Origin: Eledone cirrhosa
Taxonomy: Eukaryota
DNA length: 64,000 bases
Direction: 5' to 3'
Assembly: GCA_964016885.1 (NCBI GenBank)
Contig: CAXHJY010000886.1
Span: 1-64,000 of the forward strand
The position numbers were made by a program, and so were the translations under genes. Below, in pieces: positions 1 through 14,700 of the stretch (position 1 is the first letter of the stretch; every line of letters begins with the position of its first letter). Under the pieces are notes generated by a model that was not told the origin of the DNA, did no database searches, and was given only the letters and a program-made list of their open reading frames with translations.

Positions 1-399
1 AAAAACTCATATATGAAAAAACAACCTGTGACACCCCCCCCCCCATCCTCTTATTTGAAGAACTATTGTAACGCGAACTGGCGCGAAATTTATTATAATT
101 ATTGACCAACCAATCAAATTACTTCTCGAAAAACCTGGCATTTCGAGCCACCTTTTCCATATAAAACAAGTAACATTCAGAGACCAACAGATGTGAGAAA
201 AAGCACAGACCCCTCCATCTCATCTCTACTTTTGAAAAGCAGAAGAACTGCGAACCGGTAAAGGAACCAAATAAATATATATATATTTTTTTTAAAAATA
301 AGACTCCAGTTGCATTTTCGATTTCATCTTTTTTTCTTTATACTTTCACTCGTGTAGGATACCTCGGTTATTTTCATTTTGTAAAAAAAACTCACTTTC

Positions 400-445
400 T
401 AATACATATACACATATACATACACACATATACACACACATATAC

Positions 446-498
<53 letters not shown>

Positions 499-854
499 CA
501 CACATATACATATATATACACACAATATATATATATATATATATATACACATACACATATATATATATACACACACACACACATATATATATACACACAC
601 ATATATATATATATATACACACACATACTATATATATATATACACACATATATATACACAATATATATATACACACATATATATATATACACACATATAT
701 ATATATACACACATATATATATATATAACACATATATATATATTTATATACACACATCATATATATATATATACACACACATATATATATATATATACAC
801 ACACATATATATATATATATACACACACATATATATATATATATATACACACAC

Positions 855-885
<31 letters not shown>

Positions 886-3220
886 ACATATATATATATA
901 TACTATATATGCACATAATATATATATAATATATATATGCACATATTATATAATATATAATATATATACTATATATATATACACATATATATATATATAT
1001 ATACACACATATATATATACATATATATACACATATATATATATACACATATATATATATATATACACATATATATATAATACACATATATATTATAAAT
1101 CACATATATATATATATACACATATATTATATATATACACACATATATATATATATACACATATATATATATATACACATATATATATATACACAGATAT
1201 ATATATATACACATATATATATATACACATATATATATATACACACATTTATATATATACACACATTTAATATATATACACATATATATATATATACACA
1301 TATATATATATATACATCATATATATATACACATATACTATAATATATATACACATATATATATACACACATATATATATATACACACATATATATATAT
1401 ACACACATATATATATATATATATACACATATATATATATATATATACACATATATATATATATATATACACAATATATATATATACACACATATATATA
1501 TATACACACATATATATATACACACACACATATATTATATATATACACACACACATATATATATATATATATACACATATATATATATATACACATATAT
1601 ATATATATATATATATTACATATATAATATATATACACATATATATTATACACATATATATATATATATATACACATATATATATATATATACACATATA
1701 TATATATATACAACACATATATATAATATATATACACAATATATATATATATACACACATATATATATATATCACACACATATATATATATATACAACAC
1801 ACATATATATATATATACACACACATATATATATATATACACACACACATATATATATATATACACACACATATATATATATATACCACACATATATATA
1901 TATATACACACACATATATATATATATACACACACATATATATAATATACACACACATATATAATATATATATACACATATATATATATATACACATATA
2001 TATATATATACACATATATATATATTATATACACATATATATATATATATACACATATATATATATACACATATATATATATATACACATATATATATAC
2101 ACATATATATATACACATATATATATACACATATATATATACACATATATATATACACACATATATATACACACATATATATATACACATATATATATAC
2201 ACATATATATATATACACATATATATATACACATATATATATACACATATATATACACACATATATATACACACATATATATATATACATATATATATAC
2301 ACACATATATACACACATATATATATATACATATATATATACACATATATATATACACATATATATATACACATATATATATATACACATATATATATAC
2401 ACATATATATATACACATATATATATACACATATATATTATACACACATATATATATACACACCATATATATACACACATATATATACACACATATATAT
2501 ATATACATATATATATATACAAATATATACACATATATATATAATATAATACATATATATATATACACACTTATATATATTATACATACACATATATATA
2601 TACACATATATATATATACATACACATATATATATACACATACACATATATATATACACATATATATATATACATACACATATATATATACACATATATA
2701 TATATACATACACATAATATATATAACACATATATATATTATACATACACATATATATATACACATATATATATATACATACACATATATATATACACAT
2801 ATATATATACACATATATATATACACATATATATATACACATATATATATACACATATATATACACACATATATATATACACATATATATATACACATAT
2901 ATATACACATATATATACACATATATATATACATACACATATACATATATACTATATATACATACACATATATATATACACATATATATATACACATATA
3001 TATATACACATATATATACTACACATATATATATACATACACATATATATATATATATACACACACATATATATACATATATACACACACATATATATAC
3101 ACACACACATATATACACACACACATATATACACACACACATATATATACACACACATATATATACACACACATACATATATATACACACACATATATAT
3201 ACACACACACATATATATAT
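400..3220. repeat. Compound (TA)n/(CA)n microsatellite, about 2.8 kb
   Basis: Continuous ATAT/ACAC alternation. Confidence 0.99.
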
Positions 3221-4506
3221 GTTGATCATAGTTTGCAGGCAATAATGGAGAAGTGTAAGACTGGATGCCCATTGGAACTCCTGTATGCAGATGACCTCAA
3301 CACTTATAGCTGAATCTATGGTAGAACTAGAGAACAAATTCCAAACATGGAAGCAGGGATCTAGAAACAATGGGTCTCAAAGTCAACCTGACAAAGACCT
3401 AAGGTCCTTGTAAGTATACGAGAAAATAGAACCCAGATCCCCTCAGGGAAATGGCCTTGGCTCAGTGAAAACAATGGGTACACAAGAGATATAGTGGGAT
3501 CTCAGGAAGCTTAACTAAGAATGTAGCCTTTTACATGTAGCAGCTGCGCTGGGACAGCAAGTAGCAAACAGCCACAGGATACAAGCACCACCAAACTCTG
3601 GGAGGGCACTGTGGAAGCAGTAGCCAGCTTCTGCAACCTAGGTGACTGAATTAGTAGTGGAGGTGGGTGTTCGGAAAGTACAATAATTAGGGTAAGAATG
3701 GGATGGAAGAAGTTCAGGGAATTACTGCCACTGCTAGCTGTAAAAGGCTTTTCCTTCAAAATGAAAGGCAGATTGCATGATTCGTGTATACGAACAGCAA
3801 TGTTACATAGTAGTGAGACCTGGGTGTTGAAGGTGGAAGACTTACGTAGATTAGAAAGAAACGAAGCCTACATGCTCCGATGGATGTGTAATAGTAATAT
3901 ACGTGAACAGCAAAGCATAAACAAATTGAGAGAGAGACTGAGCATGAGAGGAATCAAATGCTGCGTGCAAGAGAGGAGGTTGCGTTTGTATGGACATGTG
4001 ATGCGTATGAAGGATGACAGCTGCATAAAAATGTGCAGAACACTAGAAGTCGATGGAAGCCGCAGAGTGGGGAGACCCAAGAAGACCTGGGATGAGGTGA
4101 TAAAAGCCGAACTGACCCAATTGCACCTCTCAAAAGCGATGATACACGACCGTGACCTCTGCTGTCATGCAGTAATACAGAAAACCCGACCCACCACGGG
4201 TATAAGCCGAAGCATAAATACTATGCCCCCACTCTCTCCCACTACAAAGTGGTCGTGGAGGTGCCACAGCAAAAAAGCACCCAGACTACACTGTAAAGTG
4301 GACGTATAGGCGCCACAGAAAAAAAACACCCAGCACTCACTGTAAATGAGGTTGGTGTTAGGAAGGGCATCCAGCTGTAGAAATCAAGCCAGAGTCAGTT
4401 CCCGTATGAGCAAGGCAAGGTCAGCCGACCAGACACTGCCCACAACATGACAACCAGACTAACCCATGCTAGCATGGAAGAACGGACGTAAAACAGTGAT
4501 GATGAT
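3221..4506 (+). mobile_element. 5'-truncated, degraded RTE-clade LINE with 3' UTR and (GAT)n tail
   Basis: PLELLYADD remnant near 3270; ORF 3698-4309 [36 protein letters not shown]; ends ggacgtaaaacagtgatgatg. Confidence 0.9.
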
Positions 4507-4635
4507 ATATATATATAATCAGTTACAACAGTGACATTTACAGGTACTTAAGTTTCATCGGAGTACATCTGGATGTACTCCAATGTTATTATGGCAGGTT
4601 AAATGAGTTGGGATAAACAACCCAACAAAACTTAA

Positions 4636-4850
4636 CCCTTTAATGTTCAAACCGGCCAAAACCGGCCAGAATTCTCTACCTCTTTCTGTTGAAACTGGCT
4701 GTAACTGGTCGCTCAAACTGATGTTAAGGTATTGTTCTCAAAATAAATACTTTCAAAATATCAGATTCGATATGTGAGATAATTATGCGAGGTAATCCCT
4801 TTACCATGAAAATGTGATAGTATATATAAAATAATGTGAATGCTAAAGGG
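4636..4850. mobile_element. TTAA-flanked MITE family A (piggyBac-like ends)
   Basis: ttaa|CCCTTTA...TGCTAAAGGG|ttaa; homologous to copies at 6824, 10689, 47011 and 51170. Confidence 0.8.
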
Positions 4851-5514
4851 TTAAGTACTTGTATATATCACAGTTGCAATTGATTATATATAAGTCATCC
4901 TACAGTATGAGTGTTCTAAGCCCATGGATATTTATACCAAGTTTGTACTGAGAGAGAGAGAGAGTCAGCAATGCTGAGACTGGGGAGACCACAAATCATG
5001 GGAGTATTCATTACATGGGGAGATGCAGAGTGGGTATAGATATATGAACATCACTTATACATAAGTGTGTGTGTATATAAATTTATTTATAGCCCTTCAC
5101 CACTGATTCTGGTTGTGACTGCTTTTACCAAGTGTTCTTTTTTTTTTAATTAATTTCCTAGAGAATATTTTAGTTAAAATTTTATTTGATTTTTTTTTTA
5201 TTCTTTTTTTCTCTATAGCTGAGGATATTTTTTTTGAAAGCAAAATACTATTGTGGAGTCCCCAAAATTCTTATATGGACCTTGGTTGAGAAACACTGCA
5301 GTACCCAGACATATAAAAATGAGCCTCAAATTATACTTTATTGGAAGGACAAAAGGCAAAGTTGAAAGCAGAATCTTCAAGGTCTTAATGAAGCAATACT
5401 CAAATATTCATTCAATCTTTAAAGCATTTTCTGGTTTCTAATTAACAGTGAAGTAGAATGCAATCATCATCAAAGTATTTTACATGAAATAGATATAAAT
5501 TGTAAAGAACTTAC

Positions 5515-5796
5515 CACTGGGAAGTTTCTCAGCACAAACAACACTGATTTCCGTACTTTTTCGACTTAAGCTTATTAATTTATCAATGGAGAAAAGAATA
5601 GCTGGTCCGATAAAATAAACCCAAAACATAGGCCTCTGTACAACCACTGCACTACCATGCAGTATTGTAAGTATGTACAATGGTATGATTAGTTTATGGG
5701 TTAACCAAAATGCACTGAAGATGTAGCGCCGACTCTGCTGAGTAGCAAACATGTAGACAATGCAGACAAGAACTACTAATAGAACGCCAGTCATTC
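5515..5796 (-). CDS. DUOX: DUOX exon 26 (last traced in window)
   Basis: [35 protein letters not shown]...ILHGS...[37 protein letters not shown]; phase 1/1. Confidence 0.96.
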
Positions 5797-8700
5797 CTGC
5801 CAAAGATAATAGAAATTATTAAAAATAAGAAAAATATACATTATACACCCAGACATGCATATCTATAGACACATACACACATGCATATCTCATCATAAAT
5901 ATGCAAACCTAAACACACATATGTATATCTATGAAAATATATGTATATCTAGACACAGACATTCTTTTACACGCTTCAGTCATGCTGGGCTTACTATAGT
6001 TGGTTACTTATTTTATCTATATCTGGAAAAGATACATTTTTGACAAAAGACGCACATAAATATATATCATTTGTATAAGGTGCAAACCAACTAGAGTTGT
6101 GTAATCCGCACTCCAATCAGTTAATGTTGATGAGCACTGAACAACATATACAAATCCAGGGTCATTTTGCGAGTCCAAGGCAGAATGTACATAGAGTACA
6201 GTGAATATTATCAAAAGTTATATTAGGTTTATGCATATATCTATTGAGCTATTATATTTTTCTGGGGTCGATGATTAGGTACGTGATCACCATGTAACCA
6301 TCTTCCCGAGTTCATGAGATCATCAGACATCTTTCAGAGATAAAGACAAACAAACTAAAGTTTATAGATACAAGGGCTAGCATAGAGCCTCTTCCCATCT
6401 AGCTGGCGAGCTCATAATGGTTACATGATGATTACATTACCTAATCATTGACCCCAGAGAAATACGTATAATAGCGGGATAAATTTATGCACAACTTCAT
6501 ATGGCCTTTGCTAATATTTACTGTACTGTATATAAAACAGACTTCTGTATTTTCCATCTACCAAATTTCAACAAGATCCATGTGATTATAAAGCAAACTT
6601 CTTAATCATACAACTATGTCTGTACCATGCATTCACACATACAGACACACATAAGTATACATGCACAAACAAGCATATATATGCATTCATATACACATAT
6701 TTTAAATATTCCATCTCAGTTTGAGGAGAGATATAGCATTTAAGCTGATATAATTATTATATTAAGGTCACAGTCAGATTGCACATCATTATTATAATAA
6801 AATTATCAATTCATTAAATTTAACCCTTTTGCATTTAAACCAACCATATCTGGCCAGAATTCTCTCACCTTTTTCGGTTCAAACTGGCTGTAACTAGCCA
6901 CTCATACTGATGTTAAGGTATAGTTCTCAAAATAAATAAAATCAAAATCTCATAGATTCAATATTATGTGAGATAATTACAAGACATAAAATCTTTACTG
7001 TGAAAATATAATATTGGTTTCTTATATAGGCACAAGGCCAGTGATTTTGGGGGAGGGGAAAGTTGATTAAATCGACCCCAGTGCATGACTGGTACTTTAT
7101 TTTATCGACCCCGTGAGGATGAAAGGCAAAGTTAACCTCGGCGGGATTTGAACTCAGATCATAAAGGGCCGTAACTCTTTACTGTAAAACATGGCGTCCG
7201 ACCCTCTACCGATACTGCCAATCCACCGCCCTCTGTGAAAATATAATATTATATATAGAGAAGTGTAAATGCTTAAGGGTTAAGTTAGACATCTTTATAA
7301 AAAAAAATTCAGAGAAAAAGTTCTTACCAGTAATATTTCCAAAAAGCCAAAAATAAAACTTTGGTAAGTAATTAGATCTATGGAAAATAAGAAAATTTGT
7401 TTTTTTAAAAAAGGACACTATGGAAAACAGACATTTAATAATGGTTTCTTATATTGGCACAGGGCCAGCAATTTTGGGGGAGGGGAAGTCAATTGAATCG
7501 ACCCCAGTGCATGACTGGTACTTTATTTTATCGACCCCATAAGGATGAAAGGCAAAGTTAACCTCGGCAGGATTTGAACTCAGATCATAAAGGGACGTAA
7601 CTATGCTGTAAAGCATGGCATCCGACCCTCTACCGATACTGTCAATCCACCGACCTACAGACATTTAATAATTGTTTCTACTTTTGGCACAAGGCCCGCA
7701 ATTATATCAGTACATTACTGGTACTTTATTTTATCGACCCCGTAAGGATGAAAGGCAAAGTGAACCTTGGTGGGATTTCAACTCAGATCCTAAAGGGGCG
7801 TAACTCTTTGCTGTAAATCATGGCGTCCAACCTTCTACCAATACTGCCAATCCCTGCCAAGGAATTCATATATTTCAGTGGTCAGAAATCTCTGTATGCA
7901 TGTGTAAATTGATAATAGTGTACACACAGATGCATACATATGTATATGCCTATGCATGCATATATTTACCATGCATATTTAAGTATGCATGGTAAATATT
8001 GTCAGCCTAAGGTTATAGTAGAAGACACTTATTCAATGTACCATATAGTGAAATTGAATTTGAAACTATGTAACTGCAAAGTGAACTTCTTCACGACACA
8101 ACCATGGCTTCAACTATCAATGTATACAAATTATATTTTCCAGTTGATATGTTTAGTAAAATTCTCTTACTTGAAGACAATATATCTAAAAGAACATAAT
8201 AATGCTGATGGTTGGGTGGCAACGTGATAGAAGTTAAAACCATATCCGACAACATGTAGTGCTGTTGATAAATAGAAAAAATTTAATCTTTATTAATGTT
8301 TAATGCACATGATCTGAAAATACATTTATCAATGACAATATTGTTAACTTTGTTTTTCATTTTCATTAAATGATAATTCCCATTCATAACTTATTTTATG
8401 TTTGCAGTTACTTTGACACAATGTTGATCATAGTAACTATAAAACTATGGTGGTGAATTGGCAGAGTTGTCAGAACGTTGGATAAAGTGTTTTGTGGTAT
8501 TCGTTTCAGCTCTCCTGCAATGGTTAACTCAACTTAGTTTTTCATCCATTTGAGGTTGATAAAAAAAAGTATCAGTTTACTGGGGTAGATTTTTCCTCTA
8601 TTTCTCACTTCCATTCTCTCACTCTATCCTTCTCTACAAGAAATCCACTGTATTCAAACCTGGAGAGGAGATGGACCATGCCAGGTTTTTAAAATGCCCT

Positions 8701-11700
8701 AGAAACACCATATGTCAATGCAGCATCCCTATAAGTCAATCAGAATTTACGGGACCATGCATACAACTATAAAACTATGCCATCACTCAGAATTTATGAG
8801 GACTTGGTAGTATCTTAGTAGTATGCACCATACTTCCAGTGAACATTTTAGGTATCTATGTAGTCATGGAACATCCAGGATATGACAACTAAAGGGAGAA
8901 GTTAGGGCTGCACAAGTACTAAACTGGTACTTTATTGATCCCCAAAAAGATGAAAGACTACCTTTTGGCAGACTTTGCATTCAAAATGGTGAAATATGGA
9001 ATAAATATTGGATTGTATCATCTAATACTGACAACTTTGCCAATCAACCATTTGTGCAATTATAAAGATATGATAATATTAGATAAGTTATTAAATAAGA
9101 CTTAATAATATTACCCTTTGCAATAGTTTGATTTAGCTTTGAAATATTATCCTGTTTTGATCAGTTCTATATGCTACTATCAAATGTATTCCTTTGTTTA
9201 AAGAGAAAGTGATGGATCATCCATTGGTTTCAGCAATGAGCATTCAGTTTGATCATGTAAACATCTTACTCAAGGTAAAAGTGGTTGAGTATTCTATAAG
9301 CATGTGTATCATTAATATAATTAATTAATATAATTAATAGAATTAGTGGGATACAAAATTACATGTCTGAATCTTTGAATTACATCTGACAGGTTTTCAC
9401 ACATTTCCCATCTGTCCAATTTCACATAGGCTTGGGTCAACTTTCGCAAGATAACTCTCAGGAGATCGAACCTGGAACCTCATGATTCCAAAGAAAACTT
9501 CTTGTCTGCATGGACAAGAGAACAAATTCAGATTTCTGTCTTCACTTCAAAAGTTTTGGGAATACGTTTCAGATTTGAAATTGTGGTTGTGAGTAAAGGC
9601 AAGCTGGAAGAGGTGCGATTCCCCCCCCCCTACCCAAGTGTTGTTAGCAAAGTTCTTTGTTTATACCACATCTAGCACAGGCACATGTGGTTATGTATTG
9701 GATTTGGGGTTATAGACATTGATTGTGAGGGTTGTGGAAGGACATGCTATAGTGAGTGATTTCAGAATATATTTGCTGCAAGGGATAAATAGTGTAATCC
9801 AAGCACAGCCCTAACAAGCTAGCTAACTTGAAGGGGAATCGAGTAGTGTGTAGTATGTGAATGTGTGGTGGGTTTCTATGGTCAGGCAATGACCAAATGA
9901 TCTGATTCAGAGATGGATATAGATTTATTAAAGGCAGGGTTTAAAGGTAAGAAAGATATCAAGAATGCTTGGACAAACTGTGGCACCTCACATCAAAACG
10001 TGCTGTGAGAATCAACTCATCAAGAGATCAAGATACGCTTCGTTCCAAATGGAAGCATTGAGTGCTTCTAATGGCTCACACCTCCCATGAAGGTACATCT
10101 CATATATTTCTTTGCTATTTAAGTGATAGGAGCTCCAATTCTATCATTTTCCCAGTGATACACGGTACAATTTGAAGTCAGAATGCACAGAACTGGAACA
10201 AATGCAAGACAAACCGTCCAATGCTTTAACAATTCTGACAATCCACCACTCTGGACTGATACTTCGTTAATCCTGAAAGGATAATGAGAGAACACCCAGC
10301 ATGGTTGCTAGCCATGTTACAAGCCTGCTCTATGGCTAGGGCTATATCTGCCAGGTCCTCCACAGTATTCAACCAGGTCTTTACAGGTCTGCCTCACTCC
10401 CTACACCCCTCATTTGGCTTCCACTAGAGAGAGCATCTCAGTGGTTAACTGGTCTCTTCAAGGTCTTGCATGGCATGTGGCTGAGCATCTTCCATCATAA
10501 CACATTGGTTATATTCCCTAAATTACTCTGCCTAGCCCTTTTCATAACTTCTTGATTCATGATGTGATCATACCAAGAAATGATCCTAAGGCAACATTTG
10601 TAGAAGACATCTGTAATTCTATAGGTTCTTCCGGTCTTTTCATGTATTTCTAAGATACTAAATATCATTATTATTTATTGTAACTTAAGCCTTTAGCATT
10701 TAAACCAGCCGTATCTGGCCAGAATTCTGCCACCTCTTTCGTTTCAAACCAGCTGTAACCTGCCAAAGATACTAATGTTTAAGGGTTATTCCCAAAATAA
10801 ATAATATCAAAATTTCATAGATTCGATATTATGTGAGATAAAGCCTTTACCGTGAAAATACAATACTAAATATAGAGTAATGTAAATGTTAAAGGGTTAA
10901 AACAAACAGAAAATATTTATCAAATAAAAAAAAAAGGATACTAACCTGTGAAGAAAAGTGCATTCCATGCCACTAATTTATGGAAAGCAACATTTGAGTC
11001 AAATGGAATATACATGTTCAGGAATGTACCCCTCAAAAAGGTTATAAGGTTTCTACACATTGTTAGCAACAACAAGCTGAAATTGAAGGACATACTTGCT
11101 GCAGCACCTCGTGTTACACTCAAGCCATAACTCATCATACGACGCAGTCCAACATGTTCAGTTTCTACTGTGTAATCTGAAGACAGATAAACATAATATT
11201 GGTACACTGACATTGGTATGACATTGACACTATTTCTCCTGAAGTAATTATAAAAACAAATGTTTTCTATATGTCAATTAATAAGACTGAGTTGTACGAG
11301 GATTACATATTAACAAGTTAGAAAATTTAACAAAGTTTTAAAGTACAATAAGTTACAAAATAAAATTATCACTGCAAAGAATCCAAGCTAACAAGGAAAA
11401 AGGCTTCTATGTTGTTGCACAACAGCATAGAAATAACAAAATCTCCCCCAAAATCCACCATTACCATCTTACAAAAAGAAGAACACACTGAAGAGTATTA
11501 TCTTATGCTGCCATGCTTTACAGCATAGAGTTACGGTCCTTTGTAATCTGAGTTCAAATCCTGCTGAGGTTAGCTTTGCCTTTCATCCTTACGGGGTCAA
11601 TAAAATAAAGCACCAGTAATGCACTGGAGAAATTGCTGGCCTTGTGCCAAAGTAGAAACAATTATCTTATACTGCCATGCTTTGCAGCATAGAGTCACGC

Positions 11701-14700
11701 CCCTTTATAATCCGAGTTCAAATCCCACCGAGGTTAACTTTGTCTTTCATAATTACGGGGCCGATAAAATAAAGCACCAGTACTGCACTGGGATAATTGC
11801 TGGCCTTGTGGCAAAAGTAGAAACAATTATCTTGTATACACAGTTTCCATAAGATAAGGTGGGGGTCAAGGCTGATATGTCTACTTATAGATCTCAATCA
11901 GAATTAACCTTGAGAGAAATAATAGTATATCATAGAATAAATCTATAGATTTTAGCTATCATTGACTTCCAATGTATCTAAATAATTTCAATTAATTTAT
12001 ACATGCAGTGACAGAGCTATAGTATACTACAACATCAAAAACAACCACTGCTAATATATCTAATTTATTTAACAATGATACATCAGTGAAAACTCAGCAC
12101 TAAGAAATATCAAAGATTCATAAAGATACTTACAGTAAAACCTTTCAGCAAAGACTCCCAAAGTAAAAGTGTAAAGCAAAATCAAAAAGAAAATGTGTTG
12201 TCTATAGTTTTCCACAAAGTTTTTAATTGATATTATCTTGGCTTTAATGGGTGTATATTTTGTAAAAGATGCAAAATTCTTCTGTAACTCATGTTTGTCA
12301 AAAACTGGTTTGGGAGCATATGTTTTCTCTGAACTGAAATAGATGTCTCTTGGTTAAAAATATTAAATACTAATAGTTTTAAGCTGTATAAAATATAATT
12401 CTCCCAAAGAATACATAAAGTAAGAAATTATAAGTAAATTTTCATAAAAATGAGAAGAAATTAAAACTAACTGCCAAGTCTTCTGCCAAAATATTCAACC
12501 AGGTCTTTACAGGTCTGCATCAATTCCTACCCCCCCCCCCTCACCTTCTCGTTTCCACTTGAGAGAGCCTCACAGTAGTCAAAATACACGTACGTACATG
12601 CGTGCGTGTGTATACACACACACACACACACATAATTTTATGAATAAAATGACGAAGTTTCACATGAATGATTTCATTGATTAAAACCAGTTATGAATGT
12701 TCCACAGAGGATTGGCTCAAAGTCCATATTTATGTTATAGACCTGACCCCAGCATCAATCTGCTCATCAGACTTGATTGACATGTGTGATGAGCAGATCG
12801 ATGCTGTAGTCAGGTTTATAACACGCACACACACACACACACGATGGCTGCCTCCCTTTTTATCGAGTATGGCCATTCCACGCTATAACATTAATAATTA
12901 TCAATTAATGCCATCGTGCAATGCCTGTGCGTGAACATTTTTTTTTAAAGTGAGGAAAGATTGTGCACTGAGGCAATCCTACTCTCTGAGCGACAGTAGC
13001 TATAACACGAAAAGAAGAAAAGATCAACATCATTGGTAACTACTGAGCCACAGGTTTTATGTCAGAGTTATCCCAGTTTCCTGAGTTGCCTTCTGCTAGA
13101 AGAATGCCCTGGCAAAGCCTAGGGGGCCCTTCACTCCCAGTGGTTTAACCGTGCAATCCAGCCTGATTATTTCTATGTCCCTGCGCATATACATACACAT
13201 GCATACATGCACACACACATATATAGATATATATATACATAAATACACATGCATACCTGTATATACATATTTTCACATTTTTCGATGGGTTGACTCTTAC
13301 GAGTTCTTCTGCCCTTTGTCAGGTTTTGTTTTTGTCCTGCAGGATGTCCAAAATCACCCGCCTCACCAAGTAAACTTGGTGGGGTTGCCAGTTAAGTCGC
13401 TGAAGACCCGACCATGCGACAGGTTATACTGGGTAATACATTACTAGTAGCACTCAAGAGTAGTGATCAGACAAAAACATACATAAACACACATACATAC
13501 ATGAAGGCTGCAAACTCTGCTAAGAGTATTGCAATCGCTTGTCAGATTCATTTGTCATCATAGAGTTTGGTGCACTTTTTAGGCTACGGCCAGCCACACA
13601 AACCTAAAACAGATCCTGAACAAGCAATGCCTGTGCTTTGAAGGTTTTTTTAAGTGGGGAAAGGCCTTGCACTTAACCAATCCCACTCTCTGAGCATCAA
13701 AAACACTACCTAAAAAGGAGAACTGGTCAACATCATCGGATGCTTCTGAAGCCGCAGGTTATTTTTCAGAGTTTCCCTCTCTTAGAAAGGTGTTGTGACA
13801 ACAACTGGGGGCCTTTCACTCCCAGGTGGAAAAAAAGGAAGTACTATTTGGATGGTCGTCGACTCTACTGAGTTCTTCTGCCCTTTGCCGGGTCTTTTAT
13901 TTCATTCCGCCTCACCAAGCTAGCCTGGTGGGGTTGCCAGTTTAGTCGCCAACGACCTGACCATGAGACAGGTTGTACTGGGTTACATGTTACCAATAGC
14001 CCTCAAGAGCCGGCCGGCCGGCCGGCCGGCCTGCCTGCCTGCCTGCCTACCCCCCCCCCCCACACACACATGCACACATACATACATGAAAAACTGCATG
14101 CCTATCAGCAAAAATTCATGCATGGATATGTTGCCAGGAAGCTCCAGAGTGAGAGTAATATAAATAAGGAAAGTAGTCCATCTTGGACAAACAACCGCTA
14201 TATTGGCTCCCACTTTGAAGGATACGCTTTTGCAATTCAGGAACGGGAGATTAGCACGAAATACATGATTCACAAAAGAGATAGGGTTGCAGGCAAAACA
14301 CCTAGATGTGATAACAAGTGCAGACTCTGCAGAACTAACATCGAGGATATCACCCATGTCATCAGCAGCTGTCCAAAGATGTCATCGCGGTACTATCTAC
14401 CTATGAGGCATGATGTAGTGGCCAAAACACTGTACAATGCAGTTTGTAAAAAAGATAGCCCCGAGAATAAACACATTAAAAGCTATAACAATGTGGAAGA
14501 CATCCATGTACATAATATGAAAGAGTACTGGTGGAATGTTCCAGTAAAACCCCAATAAAATGCAGGCATAACAGACCAGATATTATGATATGGGACAGAG
14601 AGAAGAAAGCATGCACAGTAGTGTAAATTAGCTGCCCAGCAGATGCCAATATAGTATCAAAGATTAGTGAAAAGTAGAACATTTATGCAGAACTGATGAG

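Noticed and set aside
346-3370. Many long ORFs rich in Y/I/C/V/M
   Set aside because: They are translations of the TA/CA microsatellite, which lacks stop codons.
1-5514. DUOX FAD/NADPH-binding exons (GQW, HPFT, GIGVTP)
   Set aside because: No such motifs with splice sites were found. They presumably lie left of the window, so truncation is not claimed.
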